From Marispirochaeta sp. (lineage in GTDB: Bacteria > Spirochaetota > Spirochaetia > JC444 > Marispirochaetaceae): DNA of 64,000 nucleotides. Where the stretch lies: the NCBI GenBank assembly GCA_963676835.2, contig CAXXFF010000003.1, positions 160,001-224,000 on the forward strand, read 5' to 3'. Made by a program: the position numbers and the translations under genes. Below are positions 1-9,129 of this stretch, piece after piece (position 1 is the stretch's first letter; each line of letters begins with the position of its first letter). The notes under the pieces were generated by a model. The model searched no databases, was not told the origin of the DNA, and saw nothing but the letters and a program-made list of their open reading frames with translations.

Positions 1-2
1 TC

Positions 3-620
3 GATGTCTATAATTCCTATGGACTGAGTGAAATGAATGGGCCCGGTGTGGCGTTTGAATGCGTCTATAAAGACGGAATGCATGTCTGGGAAGACAACTA
101 CATACTGGAGGTAATCGACCGTCAGGATCTGTCGGCGGTACCCGACGGTGAATATGGTGAGCTGGTATTTACCACCCTTTGCAGACAGGCAACGCCACTG
201 CTCCGCTACCGCACCAGAGATATTTCCGCAGTCTACCCCGATACATGTGAATGCGGACGGAGCCACCGGCGCATACGCAGGATTACCGGCCGAAGCGATG
301 ACATGCTGATTATCAACGGCGTAAACGTATTTCCTTCCCAGATTGAAGAGGTAATCATGGCCATGCCGGAAATTGGCACAAACTATCTGATCGTTGTGCA
401 GAAATCCGGAGCTCTGGACAAACTTATAGTTAAAACTGAAGTAACCAACAAGGTTTTCACCGACGACACCCGTGATCTTAAACAGCTGAGTGCCAGGATA
501 GCGGAAAACCTGAAGGTCTCAATCAGTATCAACCCCCAGGTGGAACTCCACGAACCCGGGTTTCTCCCGGTATCAGAAGGAAAGGCCGTACGGGTTGTTG
601 ATGAGCGGCCTGCTTTATAA
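3..620 (+). CDS. paaK: Phenylacetate-CoA ligase family protein, 5'-truncated by window edge
   Basis: Frame open from window start (DVYNSYGLSEMNGPG); motifs RYRTRD, GRSDDMLIINGVNVFPSQIE, GKAVRVVD. Confidence 0.85.
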   Translation, partial: DVYNSYGLSEMNGPGVAFECVYKDGMHVWEDNYILEVIDRQDLSAVPDGEYGELVFTTLCRQATPLLRYRTRDISAVYPDTCECGRSHRRIRRITGRSDDMLIINGVNVFPSQIEEVIMAMPEIGTNYLIVVQKSGALDKLIVKTEVTNKVFTDDTRDLKQLSARIAENLKVSISINPQVELHEPGFLPVSEGKAVRVVDERPAL

Positions 621-649
621 CATAAACAGGATTCAAAGGAGGATTACAG

Positions 650-1951
650 ATGATATGGGATAAGGCTGCAGAATGCCGCAGCCGCAGCGAAATGGAAGCG
701 ATTCAGCTTCAGCGTCTCCAGGAACTGGTAACAAGGCTTTACATCCGCGTACCTTTTTACCGCAGAAAATTTGATGAAGCGGGCATAAAACCCCAGGACA
801 TCGCCAATCTTTCAGATATTGCCAAAATACCTTTTACCACCAAGCAGGAGTTAAGAGAAACCTATCCTTACGGTCTGCTTGCTGTAGATGAGTCTGAAAT
901 TGTCGAAGTACACACCTCCTCCGGAACAACCGGAACCCCGGTAGTGGGTGCATACACTCATAAGGATATAGAAACATGGTCTCAGTCCATGGCGCGAACC
1001 CTGGCTATGGCCGGCGCAGGACCGGGAGATGTAGTCCAGAACGCATACGGATACGGTCTTTTTACCGGCGGTCTCGGCGTTCATTACGGAGCCCGGAAGC
1101 TCGGAGCTAATGTAATTCCAATTTCCGCAGGCAATACGAAGCGTCAGCTTATGATTATGCGTGATTTTGGAACCACCCTGCTGACCTGTACCCCCTCATA
1201 CTCGCTTTTTCTTTCTGAAGTTGCTCATGAGGAAGGCATTGATTTTAAATCACTGCCCTTGCGGTCCGGATGTTTCGGGGCTGAACCCTGGAGTGACAAC
1301 ATGCGGGTTGAGATTGAAAACAAGCTTGCCCTTAAAGCCCACGACATCTATGGTCTCACCGAAATTATCGGCCCGGGTGTTTCTTCTGAGTGTGAGGTTC
1401 AGGACGGCCTGCATGTAAATGAAGATTTCTTTTATCCTGAAATTATCAACCCTGAAACCGGTGAGGTTCTTCCCCTTGGCGAAAAGGGAGAACTGGTATT
1501 CACCACCCTGACCAAGGAAGGTACTCCTATCCTGCGCTACCGCACCAGAGACATAACCTATCTCTATAAAGAACCCTGCTCCTGCGGCAGAACCACGGTT
1601 AAGATGCATCGTCTCCTTGGCAGGACAGATGATATGCTTATTATCCGCGGTGTAAATATCTTCCCATCTCAGATCGAAGAGGTGCTGATGCGCATCGAAG
1701 AGACTCAGCCCCACTACCAGATTGTTGTAGACCGGGGAGATACTCATCTTGATGAAGTTGAGATTCACGTAGAGGTGGAAGAGAGCTTCTTCTCTGATGA
1801 AACCAGGGTGCTTGAAAGAATCCGGGGAAAAATCGCCGCAGAGATTCGCTCAAGTCTTGGTATCGGTGCAGTGATCAAGCTGGTTGAACCAAAATCGATC
1901 CAGCGAAGCGAAGGTAAAGCAAAACGGGTAATTGATAAACGGACCCTGTAA
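650..1951 (+). CDS. paaK: Phenylacetate-CoA ligase
   Basis: AMP-binding loop [46 protein letters not shown]. Confidence 0.9.
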   Translation: MIWDKAAECRSRSEMEAIQLQRLQELVTRLYIRVPFYRRKFDEAGIKPQDIANLSDIAKIPFTTKQELRETYPYGLLAVDESEIVEVHTSSGTTGTPVVGAYTHKDIETWSQSMARTLAMAGAGPGDVVQNAYGYGLFTGGLGVHYGARKLGANVIPISAGNTKRQLMIMRDFGTTLLTCTPSYSLFLSEVAHEEGIDFKSLPLRSGCFGAEPWSDNMRVEIENKLALKAHDIYGLTEIIGPGVSSECEVQDGLHVNEDFFYPEIINPETGEVLPLGEKGELVFTTLTKEGTPILRYRTRDITYLYKEPCSCGRTTVKMHRLLGRTDDMLIIRGVNIFPSQIEEVLMRIEETQPHYQIVVDRGDTHLDEVEIHVEVEESFFSDETRVLERIRGKIAAEIRSSLGIGAVIKLVEPKSIQRSEGKAKRVIDKRTL

Positions 1952-1962
1952 GGTAAGAGGAG

Positions 1963-2385
1963 TTGAACATGACTATTCAGCAGATTTCAGTTTTTCTTGA
2001 AAATAAATCCGGCCGCCTCGCTGAGGTGACCGGCACTCTTGGAAGCGCAGGTGTCAATATGCGTGCCGCCACCATAGCAGACACAGAAGACTTCGGTATT
2101 CTGCGTATTGTCGTGGATAATCCGGCAAAAGCCCTGGACGCACTGGAAGCAAAAGGCTTTACTGCCAAGGTGACCGACGTATTTGCTATTGAGATGGATG
2201 ACACCCCGGGCGGTCTCGGAAAAATTATGGGGCTGTTTCATGAAACGGGTGTTAACATTGAATATCTCTATTCTTCACTTGAAAATAAAAACAATACAGC
2301 TGTGGTTATTTTTAAAGTTGATGATGTCGAGCATGGCAACCAGGTGATTAAACAGCACAAACTTTCATCCATTCAAAGTTTCTAA
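1963..2385 (+). CDS. ACT-domain (amino-acid-binding) protein
   Basis: QISVFLENKSGRLAEV, DTPGGL; usual neighbour of paaK. Confidence 0.85.
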   Translation: MNMTIQQISVFLENKSGRLAEVTGTLGSAGVNMRAATIADTEDFGILRIVVDNPAKALDALEAKGFTAKVTDVFAIEMDDTPGGLGKIMGLFHETGVNIEYLYSSLENKNNTAVVIFKVDDVEHGNQVIKQHKLSSIQSF

Positions 2386-2400
2386 CCTGTTTAAATCCTT

Positions 2401-2432
2401 AAACCGCTCCGCTGAAGGAGCGGTTTTTTTTT
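2401..2432 (+). terminator. Rho-independent terminator
   Basis: AAACCGCTCC-gctgaa-GGAGCGGTTT followed by T tract. Confidence 0.85.
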
Positions 2433-2541
2433 GCTTCAGTTCTAACAAAGTGCCTCTGTCAATGTAACCGTATGTAAGTACTTTCAACAGTATTCATGCG
2501 AAATAGATACGAAACATAGTTTTTGCTCAAATAATTTTACC

Positions 2542-2559
2542 TGGGCACACTTTCTGCAA
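2542..2559 (+). promoter_or_regulatory. Sigma-54 (-24/-12)-type promoter motif
   Basis: tgGGCACACTTTCTGCaa: GG(2544-45)-N10-GC(2556-57), about 43 bp upstream of ATG 2600. Confidence 0.55.
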
Positions 2560-2599
2560 TGTATTTACGGGAGGGTACTATTTCTATGAGGTAAAGTTA

Positions 2600-3472
2600 A
2601 TGAAAAGAAATTTGGGCACTACGGTGTCTGATTGGAAAAAAGGTAAAATATCAGAAAAAAAAGTTATTGGAAAACTGGCAATTTATTCCTACAATTTTCT
2701 GAAAAACAAATTTCATGATCACGAAGATGCTGCATCTGAAATCTTTTGCGAGGTTCTCAGACGTCTGCCCCGTATTATAAACCTGTTCACCTTCAGGGGT
2801 ATTCCCTTTGAAGCTTATCTGCACATTTCAATTAAAAAAGCAATCAGCTCCTACTTCCGGAGAGAGAAAAAAGAAAGCACTCTGGAAAATTATGCTGCAG
2901 AAACTTTTTATGAAAGCATGGAGGAATATTCACCGGTAGATTCCGTTGCAGAATCTGTTCCGATGGAATCCGCCTTTCTAAGAAGTTACACCGATGAAAC
3001 CAATGCAATAACAGATGTGCATCAACATATGCGCAAACGGGTTCTTTGTCTTGCCTGCAAAAACGCCTATTTTATAGACAACCGTTTAATACAACGCACG
3101 GCACACCTTGCAGGGGTTTCCGATAAATGGCTTGCAAGTATAGTCGAAGATTTGCGGACGACTATGGCGGAAAGACTTGAAAGATATGAACAGTTATCCT
3201 TGAGAAAGCAGCAAAACCTTGCCTTTACCTACCTTATGGAGGTTCAACAAGCACAGAATCCGGATGCAGAACAACATGAAAAATACCGTAAAAAATACGC
3301 TGTATTCTCTTCACGGGCACAAAAGCTGAACTTAAAATTAAAATCCGTCCCCCTCACTCCAACCCATATAGAAATCGCCAAAGCCCTGAAGATGCCAAAA
3401 GGATCTGTGGACTCCGGACTGCATTATCTCAGACGTTTTAATGCAAGGAGTAAGAAAGACAATAGGAGTTAA
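2600..3472 (+). CDS. Sigma-factor-like / HTH protein
   Basis: Region-2-like segment (EDAASEIF...FTFRGIPFEAYL) and C-terminal HTH (THIEIAKALKMPKGSVDSGL). Confidence 0.55.
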   Translation: MKRNLGTTVSDWKKGKISEKKVIGKLAIYSYNFLKNKFHDHEDAASEIFCEVLRRLPRIINLFTFRGIPFEAYLHISIKKAISSYFRREKKESTLENYAAETFYESMEEYSPVDSVAESVPMESAFLRSYTDETNAITDVHQHMRKRVLCLACKNAYFIDNRLIQRTAHLAGVSDKWLASIVEDLRTTMAERLERYEQLSLRKQQNLAFTYLMEVQQAQNPDAEQHEKYRKKYAVFSSRAQKLNLKLKSVPLTPTHIEIAKALKMPKGSVDSGLHYLRRFNARSKKDNRS

Positions 3473-3510
3473 AGCTTCCCGGTCTGCCTATTTTCCGCTA
3501 AACTTGCTCC

Positions 3511-4116
3511 ATGGAATTATTACTGGCAACAGGAAATCTGCATAAAAAGCAGGAATTTGAAAAATTATTATCACAATGGACCATTCTCACTCCCGAAGAG
3601 GCAGGTTTACAATTTTTTTGCGATGAAACAGGAAAATCCTTCAGCGAGAATGCTCTGCAGAAAGCTGAAGCGCTCTACAGGGTTTCTGGAAAAGCGGTTA
3701 TTGCCGATGACTCAGGCCTTAGTGTGGATAGTCTTAACGGCAGGCCCGGGATACACTCTGCCCGCTATGGGGATACGGATACAAAAAAACTTACTTCTAT
3801 AGAAAAGTACAATCTGCTTCTTGCAGAAATGAAAGGCACCACAGATCGCAGTGCAGCCTTTATCTGCTCCCTTGTTCTAATGATAGATCCCGACAGGTTC
3901 TTTGTTTTTCAGGAGACATGCACCGGGGTTATCAGTGAAAAACCATCAGGAAGCGGCGGCTTCGGGTATGATCCTGTTTTTTATCTTCCCGAATTGGGAA
4001 GAACAATGGCTGAACTTACAGAGGATGAAAAAAACAGTATCTCTCACCGGGGCATGGCAGGTAAGGCGCTTTCCATTTTTCTCGACAACTACGGAGACTC
4101 CCTTGGACTGGTTTGA
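3511..4116 (+). CDS. rdgB: Non-canonical purine NTP pyrophosphatase (RdgB/HAM1)
   Basis: ATGNLHK, ADDSGL, GFGYDPVF, KNSISHRG motifs. Confidence 0.93.
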   Translation: MELLLATGNLHKKQEFEKLLSQWTILTPEEAGLQFFCDETGKSFSENALQKAEALYRVSGKAVIADDSGLSVDSLNGRPGIHSARYGDTDTKKLTSIEKYNLLLAEMKGTTDRSAAFICSLVLMIDPDRFFVFQETCTGVISEKPSGSGGFGYDPVFYLPELGRTMAELTEDEKNSISHRGMAGKALSIFLDNYGDSLGLV

Positions 4117-4843
4117 AGATGACCAGTTCTGGGTCCGTTTTGCACCGGTAATGTTTGATTCTGCCCGTTGGGAAGACACTTCCTGGGAAGTAGATGGATT
4201 ACTGAACATGACGAGCCTTTCAAAAGGTACATCTATCCTTGACTCGTGCTGCGGAGTTGGCAGACACTCCCTGGAATTCGCCCGCCGGGGATTCAATGTA
4301 ACCGGAGTAGACAGGACACAAGCCTATATAGATGCCGCCATAGAAAGTGCAGACACAGAAAACCTCTCTATTGAGTTTATTCTACAGGATGTTCGTGAGT
4401 TCTGCAGACCGGAGACCTATAGTCTGGCAATGAATATGTTTACTTCCTTTGGTTTCTTCTCGTCCATGGAAGATGAAAAGCAGTATATTGCAAACATCCA
4501 CACAACCCTGAAAAAGGGCGGACTATTTGTTATTGATGTGAATGGAAAGGAAATTCTTTCACGGGACTTTAAACCAATGGAGGAATATACGGAGAACGGC
4601 ATTACCGTCAGGGGAGAATATAAAATCGAGAATGATTTTTCTGTTCTGAACAATCACTGGAGTATTTATGAAAACAGTGAACAGTACAGTTTCCAGTTCT
4701 CGCACCGCATTTATTCCGCAGTTGAACTTAAAGAGTTGTTGCTTGAGTGCGGTTTTCAAACAGTATCTGTCTTTGGCGGCTTTGACGGACGTCCATATGA
4801 TAACAATGCACAACGGCTGATTACAATTGCACAAAAAGCATAA
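4103..4843 (+). CDS. Class I SAM-dependent methyltransferase
   Basis: ILDSCCGVGRH, VTGVD, FTSFGFF; likely TTG start at 4103 with GGAG at 4093-4096. Confidence 0.8.
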   Translation: MDWFEDDQFWVRFAPVMFDSARWEDTSWEVDGLLNMTSLSKGTSILDSCCGVGRHSLEFARRGFNVTGVDRTQAYIDAAIESADTENLSIEFILQDVREFCRPETYSLAMNMFTSFGFFSSMEDEKQYIANIHTTLKKGGLFVIDVNGKEILSRDFKPMEEYTENGITVRGEYKIENDFSVLNNHWSIYENSEQYSFQFSHRIYSAVELKELLLECGFQTVSVFGGFDGRPYDNNAQRLITIAQKA

Positions 4844-4857
4844 AAGGAGTATTACCC

Positions 4858-6648
4858 ATGTCAGATACAATACCACTTCGCTCAGAACTTAAACCTGAGG
4901 ATACCTGGGACCTTTCCGGTCTGTTTAACAAGCCTTCAGAATGGGAAAAATGCCTTGAAGAGTTCAATAAACAGATCAGCAGAATACCCGGCTTTAAAGG
5001 AACCATATCAGATTCTGCGGAATCCTTTGCAGATCTGCTTGATTTTCTTACTGTTCATGAAAAACTTGGCGAACGACTTGGCTCCTATGCACATCTCCGG
5101 ACCGCGGAAAATGGCGGTGATGATGAGCATCAGGGACGCTTTGCCCGGTTTATCCGCAGTGCCAGTGAGTCAAACAGCGCTTTAAGCTTTTTCCGCCCCG
5201 AACTGCTCAGCATTCCCGACGATACTATGAATAAAATGCTGCAGCATCCCAGGGTAGAACCCTACAGCATAATGCTTAATAAGATGCTGCGATTTAAAGC
5301 CCATGTCCTCAGCGAGAAAGAAGAAAAACTTCTTTCCATGCAGACAGAAGCCAATCAGACCGCCTCAAAAGGTTTTAAGGCACTCACCGATGTCGACCTC
5401 GAGTTCGGCACCATAGAGACCCCTGAGGGCCCGAAAGCGCTTACTCAGGGCACATATTCCGCATTCCTGATGAATCCCGATAGAGAGTTACGGGAAAAAG
5501 CATACCGGCAGTTCTATGCAGGCTTCGACAGCCACAAACAAACTCTGGCAGCCCTCTATTCCGGCAGCATCCACCTGGATGCGTACAGAGCAAAGGTTCG
5601 TAACTACCCATCCTCCCGGGCAGCGGCTCTCTTTCCCGATAAAGTTCCGGAAGAGGTTTACGATAATCTTATTGGCACTATCCACGAATCACTGCCCAAA
5701 CTTCACACCTACTACAGCCTGAGAAAAAAACAGCTCGGACTGAAAGAACTACGCCACTGGGACGTGTATGTACCCCTCACTGCATCCGTCCATGTGCATA
5801 ACACCTATGATGAAGCGGTGGAAACCATTATACCTGCTCTCTCTCCCTTGGGCGATGAATACTGCAGCACCCTTGAAAATGGTCTGAAAGGGCGCTGGGT
5901 AGACCGCTATGAGAACAAGGGGAAGCGGTCCGGAGCCTTTTCCGCCGGCAGTTATCATGGAGATCCCTATATTCTCATGAACTACAAAGAGGATGTCTTC
6001 AGGGATGTCTTTACCCTGGCCCATGAAGGCGGCCATTCAATGCACAGCTGGTACAGCGTAAAATCCAACCCCTTCCAGCACTACGACTACACGATCTTTG
6101 AAGCTGAAGTTGCATCCACTTTCAATGAACAGCTCCTGGGTAAATACCTAATGGAGAGAGCTGAAACTGAAGAGATGAAATCCTATCTTATCGGTAAACA
6201 GATAGATGAAATTGTAGCCACCATATTCCGGCAGACCATGTTTGGTGAATTTGAGCATCTTGTACATAAGATGGCCGAGGAAGGAACTCCCCTTACCCTT
6301 GATGCCTTCAGGCAGACATATAGAAAACTTCTGGAACAGTACTTCGGACCTGAAATGGTCCTTGATGAAGTATCCGATTTGGAAGGTTTGCGAATACCAC
6401 ATTTTTACCGGGCGTTTTATGTATATAAATACGCAACCGGTTTATCCGCAGCTATTGCTCTTTCCGAGCGCGTACTGAATGGCGGGGACAAAGAACGGGT
6501 AGATTACCTTTCTTTCCTGAAATCAGGAGGGTCCAGATTTCCCCTTGAGTCTCTTAAAGTTGCCGGAGTGGATATGTCTTCACCGGAACCCATCAGAGGT
6601 GCCATGACCCGCTTCAGCGATCTGGTATCACAGCTTGAAGCTCTGTGA
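4858..6648 (+). CDS. pepF: Oligoendopeptidase F (M3B)
   Basis: HEGGHSMH zinc motif, GKRSGAFS, AEVASTFNE, HFYRAFYVYKYATG. Confidence 0.93.
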   Translation: MSDTIPLRSELKPEDTWDLSGLFNKPSEWEKCLEEFNKQISRIPGFKGTISDSAESFADLLDFLTVHEKLGERLGSYAHLRTAENGGDDEHQGRFARFIRSASESNSALSFFRPELLSIPDDTMNKMLQHPRVEPYSIMLNKMLRFKAHVLSEKEEKLLSMQTEANQTASKGFKALTDVDLEFGTIETPEGPKALTQGTYSAFLMNPDRELREKAYRQFYAGFDSHKQTLAALYSGSIHLDAYRAKVRNYPSSRAAALFPDKVPEEVYDNLIGTIHESLPKLHTYYSLRKKQLGLKELRHWDVYVPLTASVHVHNTYDEAVETIIPALSPLGDEYCSTLENGLKGRWVDRYENKGKRSGAFSAGSYHGDPYILMNYKEDVFRDVFTLAHEGGHSMHSWYSVKSNPFQHYDYTIFEAEVASTFNEQLLGKYLMERAETEEMKSYLIGKQIDEIVATIFRQTMFGEFEHLVHKMAEEGTPLTLDAFRQTYRKLLEQYFGPEMVLDEVSDLEGLRIPHFYRAFYVYKYATGLSAAIALSERVLNGGDKERVDYLSFLKSGGSRFPLESLKVAGVDMSSPEPIRGAMTRFSDLVSQLEAL

Positions 6649-6698
6649 AAGCCCTTAAAAAATAGGTTGATTGATACACCGATTTTAGCTAAATCCTG

Positions 6699-6727
6699 TT
6701 GACACAGGAAGCTAAAATCGGTAGTAT
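6699..6727 (+). promoter_or_regulatory. Sigma-70 promoter of tRNA-Leu
   Basis: TTGACA (6699-6704), 17-bp spacer, TAGTAT (6722-6727). Confidence 0.75.
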
Positions 6728-6743
6728 CACGTTACATTTTTGA

Positions 6744-6827
6744 GCGGCGGTGGTGAAATTGGTAGACACGCTAGCTTGAGGGGCTAGTGGCCGTTAGGCC
6801 GTGCTGGTTCAAGTCCAGTTCGCCGCA
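6744..6827 (+). tRNA. tRNA-Leu(GAG), CCA not encoded
   Basis: Acceptor GCGGCGG/TCGCCGC, D-loop TGGTAGAC, anticodon arm CTAGC-TTGAGGG-GCTAG, long variable arm, T-arm GGTTCAAGTCC. Confidence 0.95.
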
Positions 6828-6830
6828 CTA
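6775..6830 (+). repeat. attL core, 56-bp direct repeat (3' half of tRNA-Leu)
   Basis: Identical to 14963-15018; begins at the anticodon loop. Confidence 0.95.
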
Positions 6831-7034
6831 CCAAACTCCTTACACTGTAAGGATTTATAAAAGTGACGGAAAATTGTGCTAATGGGGTACGCTCCTTGAT
6901 GGTGGCCGAAAGGTGGCTGAAATATCAAGGAGGTAGCCCATGGCTACAAAAACACTTTTCCATTTTCCTACGATTGATATGCTGGAGAGCTTCGGGGGGG
7001 GTCCTAAGACTACCTATGTCCTCGGAGGTGAAGC

Positions 7035-7316
7035 ATGAATTTTCAAGATCAAATCGAAAAAGCAAACAACACTCTACTCGAAAACACGAGCAGTGCCGTT
7101 CTTCTTATCGGTAAGCTAAAAGTGATAGCCGATTGGCTTGATCGAGCTTCTCAAGATTACCCCAGACCAATGGAACATTTGGACGTGCATTTATCAGGCG
7201 CATCTGAGCTGATTAAAGGGGTTATTACTGATATCGATGCATTGTGGGATCGAAACGACTTTCAAATTCACATTGATAAATCCGACTTTCCCAAAGTGCT
7301 GGAGGTAGTAAAATGA
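7035..7316 (+). CDS. Hypothetical protein coupled to the integrase
   Basis: Strong RBS GGAGGTG; ATGA overlap with int. Confidence 0.6.
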   Translation: MNFQDQIEKANNTLLENTSSAVLLIGKLKVIADWLDRASQDYPRPMEHLDVHLSGASELIKGVITDIDALWDRNDFQIHIDKSDFPKVLEVVK

Positions 7317-8527
7317 CCTCCATAAACCTTGATACGGATTTTCACATCCTTAAAAAATGGCGATACAAAGACGGAAAGAGGACCAATAAATATGTTTACT
7401 ATGCGGCCTCTACAAATCCTGATTGGAACCATGAAAATCCCAAAGCTTGCCCCAAATATCTGATAATGAAAAGTACAGGGCAAACCAGTAAAACGGCAGC
7501 AAGGAAGGTTGCATTACACTGGATGCAAACGGGTGAGCTTGTGCCAGACAAACCGAAAGAAGCGAAGGACAGCATTTCATACCTTTCAACGGTTTTTGAA
7601 CCCGAGAGTACATATGTCAGGCGCCGTAGAAGCTTGGGAAAGTCAATGTCTTTGACCTACATCAATATCAGTAAAAGCTGGATTGATCGCTATTTTGTCG
7701 CCTATTGCAAGGAACGCGGGATCACCCGCATGGGTGAGATTACACGAAAATTCGTCGACGACTGGCAGCTATATCTTTATGAAAGCAAAGTTATAGGTCC
7801 GGTAACTGTGAACAAAGTACTCCAAGCGGTAAAGGTTGCGTTTGGACAGGCTGTAAGAGATGAATTGATACCATCTAACCCAGCCAGCTACATAGAGCCC
7901 GTAGAGGCAAGGGAACGGGAAAGAGGAATCTTTTCCCTGGAAGAGTATGAAAAGCTATTCGCAGAGCCTTGGGACGATCTGGAAGTATATTCAGCTTGTT
8001 ATCTGAGCGCCACGACTGCTATGCGTTTAGGGGAAGTGAGAGGGTTGTTGGTAAAGAACCTTGATCTTAAGAAAGGGGTGGTTCACATCAAAACAAGCTG
8101 GCAAGACAACGAAGGGATAAAGGATCCTAAGTGGAAAAGCTTCAGCCATGAAGATGGCCTTCCACTTGCCCCTGGAGTCATCAAGGTCTTATCAGAGATT
8201 GTACAGCATCATCGCTGGGGAGCAGATCCTGGACGCTTTGTATTCTGGGATATAGACTCACCTGACCGACCGATAGGAAAAGAAAAACTCACTAAGGGGC
8301 TCTATGCTGCAATGAAGCGGGTAGGAATAGACAGGAAAGCAAAGAACCTCACCTTTCACAGTCTACGACATACCATGATTACCACCCTGAAAGATGATCC
8401 GCGCCTACTTCGCTACTTCGCAAGGCATAAACAGGAACGGATTACAGAGCGATATATTCACCTTACCGAAGAAGACACAAATCGCTTTGAAAGCACTATT
8501 TCTGGCCGTTTTAGCTTCGCCAGCTAG
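7313..8527 (+). CDS. int: Tyrosine recombinase/integrase
   Basis: Catalytic set: AMRLGEVRGL (R), K, FHSLRH (HxxR), ARHK (H), TERYIH (Y); adjacent to attL. Confidence 0.93.
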   Translation: MTSINLDTDFHILKKWRYKDGKRTNKYVYYAASTNPDWNHENPKACPKYLIMKSTGQTSKTAARKVALHWMQTGELVPDKPKEAKDSISYLSTVFEPESTYVRRRRSLGKSMSLTYINISKSWIDRYFVAYCKERGITRMGEITRKFVDDWQLYLYESKVIGPVTVNKVLQAVKVAFGQAVRDELIPSNPASYIEPVEARERERGIFSLEEYEKLFAEPWDDLEVYSACYLSATTAMRLGEVRGLLVKNLDLKKGVVHIKTSWQDNEGIKDPKWKSFSHEDGLPLAPGVIKVLSEIVQHHRWGADPGRFVFWDIDSPDRPIGKEKLTKGLYAAMKRVGIDRKAKNLTFHSLRHTMITTLKDDPRLLRYFARHKQERITERYIHLTEEDTNRFESTISGRFSFAS

Positions 8528-8598
8528 TTATTTACTACTTAAAACCATACCCACGGGCCATTTACACATTGTAGGTGGCCCAACTGGTGGCTGGGCAT

Positions 8599-8650
8599 AA
8601 AAAAACCCCGACTACCTTAAGGGTGGATGATGAAACCCAGTAGCCGAGGA
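8599..8650 (-). terminator. Probable terminator of the element's minus-strand operon
   Basis: Minus strand: CCTCGGCTAC...GTAGTCGGGG followed by T8. Confidence 0.55.
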
Positions 8651-8681
8651 AGGCAACGCCTTTTTCCTTACCGGAGCCAGC

Positions 8682-9005
8682 TTACTTTTCTATTCTCCGT
8701 TCATACGCTCCACGGATCGCCTCTGTCAGAGCGATTGATCCGCGAGTCTCGATGAACTCCTGAGGTTTGCCGTCGATACGGTCATAGATATATTTGATTG
8801 CAGTTATATCTCCCGAGAGGGCAAGATCCCACAATTTAGCAGCCAAAGCTTGATTACGTGACATCATTTTCCGTTCACCGGTTTTAGGGTCAATGTACTC
8901 AACGTCTCGCTTCTTGGCATGTGATCCCAGAATGTCAGAAAGGCCCTTTCCCTTTCGGGGGCGGCCTTTTCGGTTTATGTTCTCGGGATGTTCTATAAAT
9001 CCCAT
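8682..9005 (-). CDS. Terminase small-subunit-like protein (DUF5681-like)
   Basis: NINRKGRPRK N-terminus and ALSGDITAIKYIYDRIDGKP motif seen in phage TerS-position proteins; ATG 9005 with AGGGGGG RBS. Confidence 0.65.
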   Translation of the reverse strand: MGFIEHPENINRKGRPRKGKGLSDILGSHAKKRDVEYIDPKTGERKMMSRNQALAAKLWDLALSGDITAIKYIYDRIDGKPQEFIETRGSIALTEAIRGAYERRIEK

Positions 9006-9129
9006 TGTTCCCCCCTTGTAAAACAAGGGCCCACCCCGAAGGGTGGGCAAAGTTATTAGTGCCGGTAAATCAGTATAAAAACCCGGCACTAAACATCCGG
9101 GTGAATAACTTCCGGATGTCATAAACAAT

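Noticed and set aside
3..1951. Tandem paaK pair as a novelty
   Set aside because: Paired phenylacetate-CoA ligase genes with an ACT protein are a common arrangement in anaerobes.
3902..4102. Long N-terminus of the methyltransferase
   Set aside because: Overlaps rdgB; TTG 4103 with GGAG is more plausible.
6901..6918. GGTGGC motifs as Chi sites
   Set aside because: They do not match GCTGGTGG and occur as spaced tandem pairs confined to the element.
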